A stretch of DNA of 64,000 nucleotides from contig CALKGG010000070.1 of the NCBI GenBank assembly GCA_938084885.1, positions 17,556-81,555 of the forward strand. Direction: 5' to 3'. Made by a program: the position numbers and the translations under genes. Below the pieces are notes generated by a model. That model was not told where the DNA came from and ran no database searches. It saw only the letters and a program-made list of their open reading frames with translations. This document shows positions 45,314-54,425 of this stretch, one piece after another (position 1 is the stretch's first letter; every line of letters begins with the position of its first letter). Origin of the DNA: an uncultured Acidimicrobiales bacterium. GTDB taxonomy: Bacteria > Actinomycetota > Acidimicrobiia > Acidimicrobiales > SHLQ01.

Positions 45314-47020
45314 ATGACACGTTCAAACTCCATGCGCGCAGTGATGACTGCGACGCTCATCATTTGCGCATTCTCGGTATTCCTCCTGGTTAGCGGCGAT
45401 CGCGCAAACGCCGATACTCCCCTCGAATTCGGCATCTCCGTCGACGGAGACCGCAACGCCCTATTGACCGCAGCGGAGGATCAGATCGACCGCAAGTTCG
45501 ACGTTGTTCGCTCGTTCTATCGGTGGGAGGAGCAGTTCCCCTCGAACAACGACCTCCAGCTGCTCGATGACCGCAAGGCCCTCATCTCGATCAAACCAAC
45601 CCGCAGCAACGGCTTTCGTATCCCGTGGGCCAACATTGCTGCTGCCCGCCCCGGTGATCAGCTCTATCAGGAAATGGTCGACTGGGCAGAGGCACTGCGC
45701 CCCTATGAGGATCAGATCTGGATCACGTTCCACCATGAACCCGAGGCCGAGTCCAACCGTCCCAACGGCAATGCCGCCGAGTTCATCGCGGCGTGGCGAA
45801 ACTTCATGACAATCATGGATGCCAACGATTTCGACCCACTCGGTCGGCTCTGGGTAATGACCGACTACTCGTTTCAGCTTCGCGAGAGCGACCGTCGATT
45901 TGCGGCGAAGTGGTATCCGGGCGATGCGTGGGTCGAAGGCATCGCCGCCGATGCATACAACTGGTACGACTGCCGTGAGGGTGTCGAGATCGACTGGCTA
46001 ACCCTCGAACAGATCATCGAAGGCGTCCGCCTCTTTGGCCAGCAGCATCCGAACGAAGAACTGATGTTGGCCGAGTTTGGATCGGCCGAGGATCCACAGC
46101 GCCCCCAGAGGAAAGCCGAGTGGTTTCAGGACGCTCAAGAGCTTTTCTCCCAGCCCGGATACGAACAGTTCACGACCGTCTCGTACTTCTCGCTCCACCA
46201 TCTCGAAGGTAACTTTGATTGCGACTGGCGCTTTACCTCGTCGTCGCCGTCGACGGACGCGTTCTCGACGTTTGCGAACGACCCACGCTTTGGAGGAAAT
46301 GGGCCGGTCGCTCCGCCACCACCGCCTCCGGCACCAGATTGTGTTGCGACCGTCACCGGCAACGGCATTCGGCTCGATTGGTCCGAACCTGGAACACCCG
46401 TTATCCGCCGGAACGGTGCGTGGGTGACGACGCTGACTGCGGGCACCACAACCTACTTCGATGCAAGCCCACCACAAGGTGCCTCCTATGAGGTCATTGT
46501 TCATCGAGGCATTCGAAGCCAACTCGATTGCGAATTCGCGGGCGGCACTCCGCCGACTCCGCCGCCAACTGCCGCATCGTGTAGCGCGACGGTTTCGGGC
46601 AACTCGGTCATCCTTTCGTGGGATATCGATGGCACCCCCGTTGTTCGGCGTAATGGTTCGTGGCTGGCCACGCCACCGGCCACCGCACGAACGTTCACCG
46701 ACAACAACCCACCCACAAACCCGACCTATGCGATCAGAACACGAACCGGCCAGACAGGCCCCATCGACACTGCATGCACCTTGACCGGGCCTCCCCTTCC
46801 ACCTCCCGCACAAGACTCGTGCACCGCAACCTCAACCGCGAACGGCGTCACGTTGGACTGGACGATTTCGGGCGAGGTTCAGGTCAGAAGGAACGGACAC
46901 TGGCTGAGAACTGTCACAAATAGCCAGACCACGACCGACGCTGCTGGCAGGCCGACCGACAACTACGTGCTTCGTACGTGGGGTACAGGTAGCCCAGTCG
47001 ACTATCGGTGCATCCGCTGA
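45314..47020 (+). CDS. secreted glycoside-hydrolase-like protein (GH26-like (beta/alpha)8 core) with three C-terminal Cys-bracketed FN3-like repeats
   Basis: Signal peptide MTRSNSMRAVMTATLIICAFSVFLLVSG. Candidate acid/base WITFHHEPE and nucleophile LMLAEFGS. Three repeats of C.AT(V/S).(G/A)N...L.W...G.P.(I/V)RRNG.W, each separated by a poly-Pro linker. Confidence 0.55.
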   Translation: MTRSNSMRAVMTATLIICAFSVFLLVSGDRANADTPLEFGISVDGDRNALLTAAEDQIDRKFDVVRSFYRWEEQFPSNNDLQLLDDRKALISIKPTRSNGFRIPWANIAAARPGDQLYQEMVDWAEALRPYEDQIWITFHHEPEAESNRPNGNAAEFIAAWRNFMTIMDANDFDPLGRLWVMTDYSFQLRESDRRFAAKWYPGDAWVEGIAADAYNWYDCREGVEIDWLTLEQIIEGVRLFGQQHPNEELMLAEFGSAEDPQRPQRKAEWFQDAQELFSQPGYEQFTTVSYFSLHHLEGNFDCDWRFTSSSPSTDAFSTFANDPRFGGNGPVAPPPPPPAPDCVATVTGNGIRLDWSEPGTPVIRRNGAWVTTLTAGTTTYFDASPPQGASYEVIVHRGIRSQLDCEFAGGTPPTPPPTAASCSATVSGNSVILSWDIDGTPVVRRNGSWLATPPATARTFTDNNPPTNPTYAIRTRTGQTGPIDTACTLTGPPLPPPAQDSCTATSTANGVTLDWTISGEVQVRRNGHWLRTVTNSQTTTDAAGRPTDNYVLRTWGTGSPVDYRCIR

Positions 47021-47072
47021 CTCAGCGCCACCCTTCCGGTCGCGCAAAGAAAGCCCTCAGTCGCCTCGATTC

Positions 47073-47753
47073 CTAGCCGAGGTGGCGAACAAGCCAGGCA
47101 TGAATCGGCGTCACGCGCTCCAATTCGTTCGCGCACCAGTCGGCGAACTTTGCCGTCGTGATCGACTTCGGCGTCTTCTTGATCCATCGAACCTGAAAGC
47201 CTTTGTGGCGTAGGAGATCCCCACGAGGATGATCCTCTGCATACGGCTTCGGGACCTTCTTCAAACCCTCGCCGACAACATCGGCCTTGGTCTTGCCCAC
47301 GAGCACGTCGAGGTCGACGGCGAATGATTCCCCCTGTTCATCGATTGCTTCGCGCCAACGGTCGGTGGACCGAAAGGCAATGCCACTTGCGAACCCAACG
47401 CCATCGGTAGGGCTCATTCGCACCCACAGCATGGGCGAAACTTTCTTGTCAGGCCCCTCCCAAAATTTGAACATGAGGTGGTCTTTGTAGGGACTTGCAT
47501 CGGGCGTGAACCGAAGATCGTTGTTGATCGGAGCGATCGAGCCGTTGGTCTTCGGGGCGTACTCGATACCGCCCGAGATCCGGTCGGCGAGCAACTCACC
47601 CAGCTCGACAACGAACGCCTTCGCGTGTGGCACGACGTCACTGTCGTAGATGCTGCGATTCGCGTCAAACCACGTCTTGTTCTTTGTCCCGAGCGTTGTG
47701 AGAAAGTCGAGCCCCGTTTGGGGAAAGCCGGTGAAGTCAGGGATCTTGCTCAT
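47073..47753 (-). CDS. DUF2461 (TIGR02453) family protein
   Basis: FTGFPQTGLDFLTTLGTKNKTWFDANRSIYDSDV, NNDLRFTPDASPYKDHLMFKFW, HPRGDLLRHKGF. Confidence 0.75.
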   Translation of the reverse strand: MSKIPDFTGFPQTGLDFLTTLGTKNKTWFDANRSIYDSDVVPHAKAFVVELGELLADRISGGIEYAPKTNGSIAPINNDLRFTPDASPYKDHLMFKFWEGPDKKVSPMLWVRMSPTDGVGFASGIAFRSTDRWREAIDEQGESFAVDLDVLVGKTKADVVGEGLKKVPKPYAEDHPRGDLLRHKGFQVRWIKKTPKSITTAKFADWCANELERVTPIHAWLVRHLG

Positions 47754-48073
47754 GAGACGAACTCAAATCCCTCGTCGAGCAACTGCTTCCAAAGCGATCG
47801 ATCCCGAGCTGGCACCTGCACCCATTCGTGAAAGACCTTTTTCGCTGGTGCGAACGACAAACCATCACCAGAAGCAATCAACGCGTCGACACGCTCTCGT
47901 GGCAACTTCACCACGAGATCACCCGTCTTGTACTCGGGCATCGCGAGGAACTCCTTGCCAACCCGAACACAACGACTTCGCATGAGCTCACCTTCAACGA
48001 TCTTCCCCGCACCGATCATTGGCTCGGCTAGGTCCCAAAATAGTTCATCGTCCACATCTGGTGAAGCGCTCAT
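47750..48073 (-). CDS. small hypothetical protein, TfoX-N-terminal-domain-like
   Basis: The ATG at 48073 gives MSASPDVDD... GELMRSRCVRVGKEFLAM...DLVVKLPRERVDALIASGDGLSFAP..KVFHEWVQVP resembles the TfoX/YjbR-type fold pattern. ATGA-type overlap with the DUF2461 gene. Confidence 0.45.
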   Translation of the reverse strand: MSASPDVDDELFWDLAEPMIGAGKIVEGELMRSRCVRVGKEFLAMPEYKTGDLVVKLPRERVDALIASGDGLSFAPAKKVFHEWVQVPARDRSLWKQLLDEGFEFVS

Positions 48074-48156
48074 GACATCTCCTGTTCTATCGACTACATC
48101 CTGCTCTATCTCTTGCCATTTCGACGAACGAGAAATCCGCGATTGGACAGGCCGCC

Positions 48157-48252
48157 TCACGCGAGAGGTTGCGTTCCAATCACCGGAGCTGGAAGACCGG
48201 GATAGGTGACCATGCCGTTCGTGATGTTGTGGCTGAGATCAATGTGCTTCAC
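48157..48252 (-). pseudogene. 27-codon N-terminal remnant of a second cyclase-family gene
   Basis: VKHIDLSHNITNGMVTYPGLPAPVIGT, then a stop after 5 more codons. 19/27 residues are identical to the N-terminus of the intact cyclase at 44589..45236 (YVDLSHTISDGMVTYPGLPAPVIGT). Confidence 0.6.
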
Positions 48253-48267
48253 GAGGTGACTCTGTCG

Positions 48268-48975
48268 ATGGTTCCTTGTACCTTCGGCTTGGTGCGAGAA
48301 AACGAATTTGGCCAGCCGATCGGCGACGATCTCGGCGACTGGACCCCACCGAACGGACTTCCTCCCCACACCAACCATGTCGGCCGCTACGTCACGCTCG
48401 AGCCGCTACAACGAACCCAACATGCCATCCCGCTGTTTCACGTGTTCAAGCAGTCCGACCCCCAAATGTGGACCTACCTCCCGAAAGGCCCCTTTGCCGA
48501 CGGAGCCGAGCTCGGCCAACTCATCGGAGCACTCGAGCAACTACCGACCACACTCCCCTATGTGGTGATCGTCGACGGTGACCCCCTCGGCTTTCTCACA
48601 CAAATGCGCATTCGCCCCGACGAGGGGGTCATGGAAATCGGGTGGGTCACCTACTCGACGCAAATGCAACAGACACGAGCGTCGACCGAAGCGCAGTATC
48701 TACTGCTGCGCCATGCCTTCGCCGAGGGCTACCGCCGCGTCGAGTGGAAGTGCGACAGCCTCAATGCCGCCTCTCGAGCCGCCGCTGAACGCCTCGGCTT
48801 CGAGTTCGAGGGGATCTTCAAGAAGGCCAGCCACTACAAAGGCCAGAACCGTGACACCGCGTGGTTCGCAATGACCAACGACATGTGGCCAGAGATTGAA
48901 GCCGGCTTCGAACATTGGCTCGACCCGGCAAACTTCGATGACTCGGGCGTCCAACGCGAACGCCTCGGCCATTAA
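48268..48975 (+). CDS. GNAT-family N-acetyltransferase (RimJ/RimL-like, Acetyltransf_3)
   Basis: Has NEFGQPIG..L..WTPP, MEIGWVTYSTQMQQTRASTEAQYLLLRHAFAEGYRRVEWKCDSLNAASRAAAERLGFEFEGIFKKA. Start set at the ATG at 48268. Confidence 0.75.
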   Translation: MVPCTFGLVRENEFGQPIGDDLGDWTPPNGLPPHTNHVGRYVTLEPLQRTQHAIPLFHVFKQSDPQMWTYLPKGPFADGAELGQLIGALEQLPTTLPYVVIVDGDPLGFLTQMRIRPDEGVMEIGWVTYSTQMQQTRASTEAQYLLLRHAFAEGYRRVEWKCDSLNAASRAAAERLGFEFEGIFKKASHYKGQNRDTAWFAMTNDMWPEIEAGFEHWLDPANFDDSGVQRERLGH

Positions 48976-48991
48976 GGAGCCAAGTCGGCCA

Positions 48992-50173
48992 CTAGGGAGC
49001 CGAAGCGAGCCGCAGGTAGGCCGCGCGGACGGCGATGGCTTGACGAACCTCGCTGTTGCTGTCCTCGACGAACTCCTCGCGGTAGGTCTCGTCGGTCACC
49101 AGCGACACGGCGAACTGCAGGCCGCTGAACGAGGCAACGATGCCAGCGGTAACGAGGTGGAGCGCCGTCAAGATGATGCGCTCCCCGCCAACCGTGAGCG
49201 AGCCGAGCGTGATCGACACCATGTCTTGATCGCCGAGCGTGGTCCATTGCAGGATCGTGTCCTCTCGAACCGTGAGTAGCCCAAAGAGGACGTAGAAGCC
49301 AAAGATGAGGCCCGTAACCAACAGGACCTGCGCGCTGAGGCCAACGACAAGGCGAAGCGTGAGGTTCGTTCGTGCGGCGCGTCCCAACGGGACTTTCCTC
49401 GGGCTGCCATCAAAGTCGGAGGTATCGCAAGGCTCGAGCGGCGTGCCGTCGAGTTCGGCCCTGACCTCGCTCCACGTTTCGAAGAACCGCAAGCTTTGAA
49501 TGGCTCCGGTCATCGATCCTGCCAAAAAGGTCACGCCGATCAGCGCGAGCGAGCCGACGACGATCGCGAAGAACACGAGCGGCAGATCGTTGACGACCTG
49601 CCAGATCTCGGCGTTCAAGAAAAGAAACGCCGAGAACAACAGCATCAGCGGCAGCACTTTGCCGAGAAGTTGCAGGATCTGGGTGATGTGGACCCACATT
49701 GTGATGATCCCCCAGCGGAGCATCGGAAAGAGCCCCCAGGAAAGCACCAGGTACACGACGATCAGCACCGCCAAATTGAAGGCGACGACCTGTAAGACGC
49801 TCACAAGGTCGCCGTCGCCGAGCAGGCGGAGAATGGGTGGAACAAAGACGAACAACGCCAACTCGCCCGCGCCAATCGTCTGCGGGCGAGCAAAGTTGGA
49901 TCGACCACGCATCCTGTTCACGAGCACAAAGGCGCCAAGCGCTACCCCTAAGCCGCCGACGAAAACGCCGGCTTGTTGCCACCCGTTGAAATCGTCGCCA
50001 AAGGTCAAGAACAGTTCGGCGACGAACACGAACCCAAGCCAACCAAGTGCACGAGTCCAGACATCTTCTTTCGCACTGAAATCGTCGATGAAGTGAGGAA
50101 TCCCGTTGTGCACGAACCATTCCTCGGTGGCGTCGATCAGTTCGTCGACACTCGTTTCACCCACAGATTGCAC
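48992..50173 (-). CDS. polytopic integral membrane protein, function unknown
   Basis: 393 aa with about 8 hydrophobic segments. The start is 1 nt after the thrB stop. No family recognised. Confidence 0.6.
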   Translation of the reverse strand: MQSVGETSVDELIDATEEWFVHNGIPHFIDDFSAKEDVWTRALGWLGFVFVAELFLTFGDDFNGWQQAGVFVGGLGVALGAFVLVNRMRGRSNFARPQTIGAGELALFVFVPPILRLLGDGDLVSVLQVVAFNLAVLIVVYLVLSWGLFPMLRWGIITMWVHITQILQLLGKVLPLMLLFSAFLFLNAEIWQVVNDLPLVFFAIVVGSLALIGVTFLAGSMTGAIQSLRFFETWSEVRAELDGTPLEPCDTSDFDGSPRKVPLGRAARTNLTLRLVVGLSAQVLLVTGLIFGFYVLFGLLTVREDTILQWTTLGDQDMVSITLGSLTVGGERIILTALHLVTAGIVASFSGLQFAVSLVTDETYREEFVEDSNSEVRQAIAVRAAYLRLASAP

Positions 50174-50174
50174 G

Positions 50175-50978
50175 CTACTCGTAGACCGCGCCTCGCATGT
50201 CGATATGAGAAATGCTCACCTCGGCGCCGCGAGGAAGCGCATCGGCAATGCGTTGGGCTTGCGAAGGCTCGCACAATGCAGCCGCAGTTGGACCGCTGCC
50301 CGACAACCACGAACACCATGCCCCCGCATCTGTCGCTGCATCGATGGCAGCAGCGGTATCTGGAAGGCTTTGCAGGCGAATCTCCTGATGCAGGCGATCT
50401 TCGCTGGCCATTGCGAGCATCTCGGTATCGCCGCTAGTGAGCGCAGCGATGAGCAAAGCCGTGCGTCCCATATTGAAGACGGCATCCTCCATCGAGACCA
50501 TCGACGGCAGCTTGCCCCGCGACTCCCTCGTCCCAGAAAGAGTTTTTGGAATCCACAACACCACCGTTGCCTGAAGCCCAAGCTGTACTTGTTCGACACG
50601 ATCGCCAACAGCAACGGTGACGCCGCCAAAGACCGAAGGCGCCACATTGTCCGGATGCCCCTCGAGTTCGGTTGCTTCAAGGAACAGCCAACGTCGGCAA
50701 TCTTCGAGCGAGCTTCCCTTCTGCACCGCCGCTGCGAGCAGGCCAGCAACCCTCGCTGCACCAGAAAAGCCAAGCCCCCGAGCCGGGGGTATCGTCGACG
50801 AGATCTTCAGGCCACCCGTGCCGCCGAACTTGCGAAAGACTCGCATCGTCAGGTGGTCTTCGCTCCCAACGCCCTCTTCGGCGAAATCGACCTCGAGATA
50901 GCGGTCGACCGCCATGCCAAGCACGTCGAAGCCCGGCCCGAGATTCGCCGATGAGGCCGGTACACGAATCGTTCCCAC
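50175..50978 (-). CDS. thrB: homoserine kinase
   Basis: VPASSANLGPGFD, GHMP motif IPPARGLGFSGAA, SGSGPT. The tracked ATG (51041) would overlap the upstream gene by 64 nt. A GTG at 50978 gives VGTIRVPASSANLGPGFD and a TAGTG stop/start junction. Confidence 0.8.
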   Translation of the reverse strand: MGTIRVPASSANLGPGFDVLGMAVDRYLEVDFAEEGVGSEDHLTMRVFRKFGGTGGLKISSTIPPARGLGFSGAARVAGLLAAAVQKGSSLEDCRRWLFLEATELEGHPDNVAPSVFGGVTVAVGDRVEQVQLGLQATVVLWIPKTLSGTRESRGKLPSMVSMEDAVFNMGRTALLIAALTSGDTEMLAMASEDRLHQEIRLQSLPDTAAAIDAATDAGAWCSWLSGSGPTAAALCEPSQAQRIADALPRGAEVSISHIDMRGAVYE

Positions 50979-51481
50979 TATGCGTCGACGACCCCTCCGC
51001 CGACGAGCGGCGGCATCGTCGACCATGGAAACTCGATCCACTGATCGGTTCGTTTCCAGACGTACTCACACTTGATAAGCGAGTGCGACTTTTCGTAGAG
51101 ACATGCCGACCGGACATCGCCAACAACGTCGGCGCAAAAGTCGTGCACATGTCGGAGGGTATGTCCAGTATCGGCAACATCGTCTGCAATGAGCACGTTC
51201 GAGTCGGTGAGATCAAACTTGTCGAGGTATGGGGGCAGAGTCGTGGGCACATCAAGACGCTCATCAACGCCGGTATAGAACTCGACGTTCATGACGTACA
51301 GGTTCTTCACCGAAAGGGCATATCCGAGCGACCCGGCAACGAATAGCCCACCTCGGGCAATCGCCAAAATGATGTCGGGCTGGTAGCCGTCATCGGCGAC
51401 TAAGGCGGCCAATTCTCGTGCAGCAACCCCGTATGTTTCCCAGTCGAGATGCTCTCGTTCTTCTGTCATGGCCATGACCAT
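50978..51481 (-). CDS. phosphoribosyltransferase (purine PRTase-like)
   Basis: DIILAIARGGLFVAGSL and the PRPP-binding motif NVLIADDVADTGHTL. The start is only 12 nt after the imuB stop. Confidence 0.75.
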   Translation of the reverse strand: MVMAMTEEREHLDWETYGVAARELAALVADDGYQPDIILAIARGGLFVAGSLGYALSVKNLYVMNVEFYTGVDERLDVPTTLPPYLDKFDLTDSNVLIADDVADTGHTLRHVHDFCADVVGDVRSACLYEKSHSLIKCEYVWKRTDQWIEFPWSTMPPLVGGGVVDA

Positions 51482-51493
51482 AGCGAGGTCCGG

Positions 51494-53077
51494 TCAGTAG
51501 GTCCCAGCCAGCCACCATATGCCTTCTTGCACAAAGGCCAAGATGGCCTGCCCATCGCGGTCGACCAGCTGAAATCTCGCTCGCCGACGAGCGCGCTTTG
51601 GGTCCCACCACCGCTCGTCGAGCAGCCATGGGCCCGCCCATGCAGCGACCTCTTTCCATTCACTTTTTGGGCGACGAAATTTGGCAGGCGAGGCAGACAG
51701 TTCGCCACGACCAGACACCGAAATCACCTGACCTGCATCGTCGACGACGTCGATCTGGGTGTGCGTAAAGAGCTCCACCGGCGACGGGGCCGGCAACTGC
51801 CCAAGCCACGGACGCTCATCGAATACCGAGAGTTGCCGATCGGCGAGTTCGACCGTTCCCGCCGGGAGAAGCTGCACGTTGTCGCTTGGCTCTCTACCTC
51901 CCTTCCACTGCGCCACACGTACGTTCTCAGCCCCGACCAACGCTTCGAGCCGGGCAACAGCCCGACCAGCACGTTGATCGGCTTCGGTTTCCCCTCCCCA
52001 AAAGCCCAACTGTCGACCCCCTGCAGGGATGAGATCAACGGGACGAAGCGTGAGCAGGCTCAGCCCGCCGCTCGGCCGGACCGAAGGCGATGCATTCAGC
52101 CAACCGTCGAGCTGCCAGCGGACGCGATCGGTCATCGCCGAAACCGACAACGCCCCCTCATGTCTCCACGCTCGAACGTAATTCTCGCCGTGTTCGCTCT
52201 CAGCTTCGATAGCGACGCGGGTACATGCGGCTCCTCGAGCAGCCAACTTTGCCTCGAGATCAAGGGCGAGCTGTCGAGCAGCGAACGCTGCCTGATCGAT
52301 CCGCTCGATCGGAGGCTCGAGCACAAGCGAGACCGCCATCTCCAGCGGCGGGTCGACAACGTCGGCGAGGCGTTCATCGAGACCCGATGCCCGACGATGG
52401 GCAGTGAGCCCTTCTCGGGCAAAGCGACCCAACACATCTGCGGAATGTAACGCGGCAAAATCGCCAAGTGTGCGCAGCCCCAACCTCCACAAAATGTCCG
52501 TCAGCGCAGGCTGATCGAGCGTGGTGATGGGCATCGGTGACAAAAAGTCGGGGCTCTTAGATGGGGCAACAACATGCCCACGTTCACCACCCACCCGCAT
52601 ACGAGCAGCCAAACGAGCAGTAAAGACCCCGTCGGCAATACCAATATGACACGACGTTCGCCCATCGAGCACGTCGTCGAGCGCGGCGATCATCTTCTTG
52701 GCCAGCGCCTCATCACCGCCAAAATACCTCGACGGGCCCCGAACGGGGAAGATCGCGGTGCCGGGCTGGATGACTTCAACCCGAGGCGTGAACACTTCGA
52801 TCGCGTTGGCGACCGCTTCGAACGAGCGCGCCTCGGTTGCGAGGTCACGTTCGCCAATCTCGAGTTCTGGGCAACGACTTTGCGCCTCCCGTCGACGGAT
52901 GCCGCGAACAACACCCATTGCACGGGCGGCCTCGGAAGACGCAACGACCCGGTTGGCGTGCAAGATCGCCCCTGGTTGATCAGGGGTAATACCCGCAGCG
53001 ACGACCGGCCAGTCCGGGCACCAGATCGCCAAGATGCGCTGTGGGCAACCGTTACCCTCTCGGCTCTCGTTGCTCAC
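51494..53077 (-). CDS. imuB: ImuB, Y-family-polymerase-like mutasome adaptor
   Basis: RILAIWCPDWPVVAAG, RGIRRREAQSRCPEL, FTPRVEVIQPGTAIFPVRGPSRYFGGDEAL. 527 aa (I recall the mycobacterial protein as about the same length). ATGA overlap with imuA'. Confidence 0.85.
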   Translation of the reverse strand: MSNESREGNGCPQRILAIWCPDWPVVAAGITPDQPGAILHANRVVASSEAARAMGVVRGIRRREAQSRCPELEIGERDLATEARSFEAVANAIEVFTPRVEVIQPGTAIFPVRGPSRYFGGDEALAKKMIAALDDVLDGRTSCHIGIADGVFTARLAARMRVGGERGHVVAPSKSPDFLSPMPITTLDQPALTDILWRLGLRTLGDFAALHSADVLGRFAREGLTAHRRASGLDERLADVVDPPLEMAVSLVLEPPIERIDQAAFAARQLALDLEAKLAARGAACTRVAIEAESEHGENYVRAWRHEGALSVSAMTDRVRWQLDGWLNASPSVRPSGGLSLLTLRPVDLIPAGGRQLGFWGGETEADQRAGRAVARLEALVGAENVRVAQWKGGREPSDNVQLLPAGTVELADRQLSVFDERPWLGQLPAPSPVELFTHTQIDVVDDAGQVISVSGRGELSASPAKFRRPKSEWKEVAAWAGPWLLDERWWDPKRARRRARFQLVDRDGQAILAFVQEGIWWLAGTY

Positions 53078-53811
53078 TCAACTGCGGCCAGACGCTGACG
53101 CTGAGCTGGCGCTGTTACCGCAGCTGGCGCTGTTACCGCCCGCAACGTTCCGTCATCTCCAGGAAGCTCAAAGTATCCGTGGCGACCCTGCCCAGGAGCC
53201 CGACGCCCAGAGACCGCCACCCGCAAGCTGCGCGCCCGAAGATGACCGTGCCCGCAGCCCAGACCATCCCATGCGAACGGATCGGCGGTAAACACCATGT
53301 CGTACGGCAACTGGCCCGCAGCATCGAACCGTCCAGATCGCATCGATGCATCCGCCTCGAGCTCCATAAGCACCGTCCCCCGTTCGCGACACCTCGATGC
53401 GATCTGGCGATGGTCGCTTGGACGAACCCGATGGCGAGGTTCACCAAAGACAATGACATCGACCGCGCCAATGAGCGCACCGATCGTTGCCGACCACACA
53501 TCGGTACCGACGTTTTGGACCACGAGCACCCGCTCAACAGCAACACCGAGCTCGGCTGCGGCTGCCAGAGAGATTCCATCGACATTGACCGCTGCCACCC
53601 AACGGCCCGACGTCGTCACGTCACTCACAAGCGCCCACGCCAACGCCCGAGCCGATGCACTACCACCAACCCGAGTCGTCCACCCTCGTTGAAGGCCACC
53701 CCCGGGCAACAACGAATGAAATACCTCAGGCACAGCGAGCACCTGTTCGCCAGCGAGAAGGACAGGAGCCACACGACGCACATGTTCTGCAAGTTCTGCG
53801 GGAAAGGCCAT
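53074..53811 (-). CDS. imuA': ImuA' (RecA-fold mutasome accessory protein)
   Basis: The ATG at 53811 gives MAFPAELAEHVRRVAPVLLAGEQVLAVPEVFHSLLPGGGLQRGWTTRVGG...WVAAVNVDGISLAAAAELGVAVERVLVV. A LexA box lies 10 nt upstream, and the gene is translationally coupled to imuB. The tracked start 54048 includes the operator. Confidence 0.75.
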   Translation of the reverse strand: MAFPAELAEHVRRVAPVLLAGEQVLAVPEVFHSLLPGGGLQRGWTTRVGGSASARALAWALVSDVTTSGRWVAAVNVDGISLAAAAELGVAVERVLVVQNVGTDVWSATIGALIGAVDVIVFGEPRHRVRPSDHRQIASRCRERGTVLMELEADASMRSGRFDAAGQLPYDMVFTADPFAWDGLGCGHGHLRARSLRVAVSGRRAPGQGRHGYFELPGDDGTLRAVTAPAAVTAPAQRQRLAAVE

Positions 53812-53820
53812 ACCCCAGTA

Positions 53821-53836
53821 TCGAACACCTGTTCGT
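53821..53836. promoter_or_regulatory. LexA (SOS) box TCGAACACCTGTTCGT upstream of imuA'-imuB
   Basis: Same half-sites as the dnaE2 box; only two spacer bases differ. It lies 10 nt from the imuA' ATG and 134 nt from the divergent gene at 53970. Confidence 0.75.
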
Positions 53837-53969
53837 TCTTTGCAACTCGCGGTTTGTGCGATCACCCGCAGTTGTGTTTCAATACATTTCAGTACTTCAC
53901 GAGTCAACCTGCGTTCTCGGATATTGGGTCTCGCCCCGTCCACGGAACCACTGACCACCAGGACACCGA

Positions 53970-54425
53970 ATGCCCGAGACCACCTCCCCCAATTCCACAC
54001 TGGCCGAGACCGCCGCAGAGCTCGAACGCGAGTCCATCGAGACAGCACGGCTTCAACGCGAACTGGCTCGAAGCAGACAATCGCTCAACTACCTCAACAA
54101 CCACGCCGAAAGCCACGATTCCAACGCGCTCCGTATGCGACAGATCGCCGCACGCCTCACCAACGAAATCCAGCCCCTCCGAACCGTGTTTACCCCACTT
54201 CGCCAACTCCACACCTCCCACACTTGGGAAGGGCAGGCCGCAACGGCGAGCAGGCGTCGTCTCGACCAACACGAAATTCGCCATACCGCTGCCATTCGAG
54301 GTATCGATCGACTCATCGACGACCTCGAAACCACCGCCCAGTGGCATGCAGCTGAATCGGCCGAGCTCTCCACCCAGATCAACAATGTCCGTTGGGCAAT
54401 ACAGAGTCTTGAACGACAGCTCTAA
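53970..54425 (+). CDS. all-helical hypothetical protein with a central W-x-G motif (WXG100-like?)
   Basis: 151 aa, with heptad-like helices flanking HTSHTWEGQAATASRRRL. No signal peptide. Family not recognised with certainty. Confidence 0.5.
   Translation: MPETTSPNSTLAETAAELERESIETARLQRELARSRQSLNYLNNHAESHDSNALRMRQIAARLTNEIQPLRTVFTPLRQLHTSHTWEGQAATASRRRLDQHEIRHTAAIRGIDRLIDDLETTAQWHAAESAELSTQINNVRWAIQSLERQL

Noticed and set aside
44589-51481. Possibility that the block between dnaE2 and imuB is a mobile genomic island
   Set aside because: It has no integrase, transposase, tRNA attachment site or flanking direct repeats, and it includes housekeeping thrB. I kept it only as a rearrangement hypothesis.
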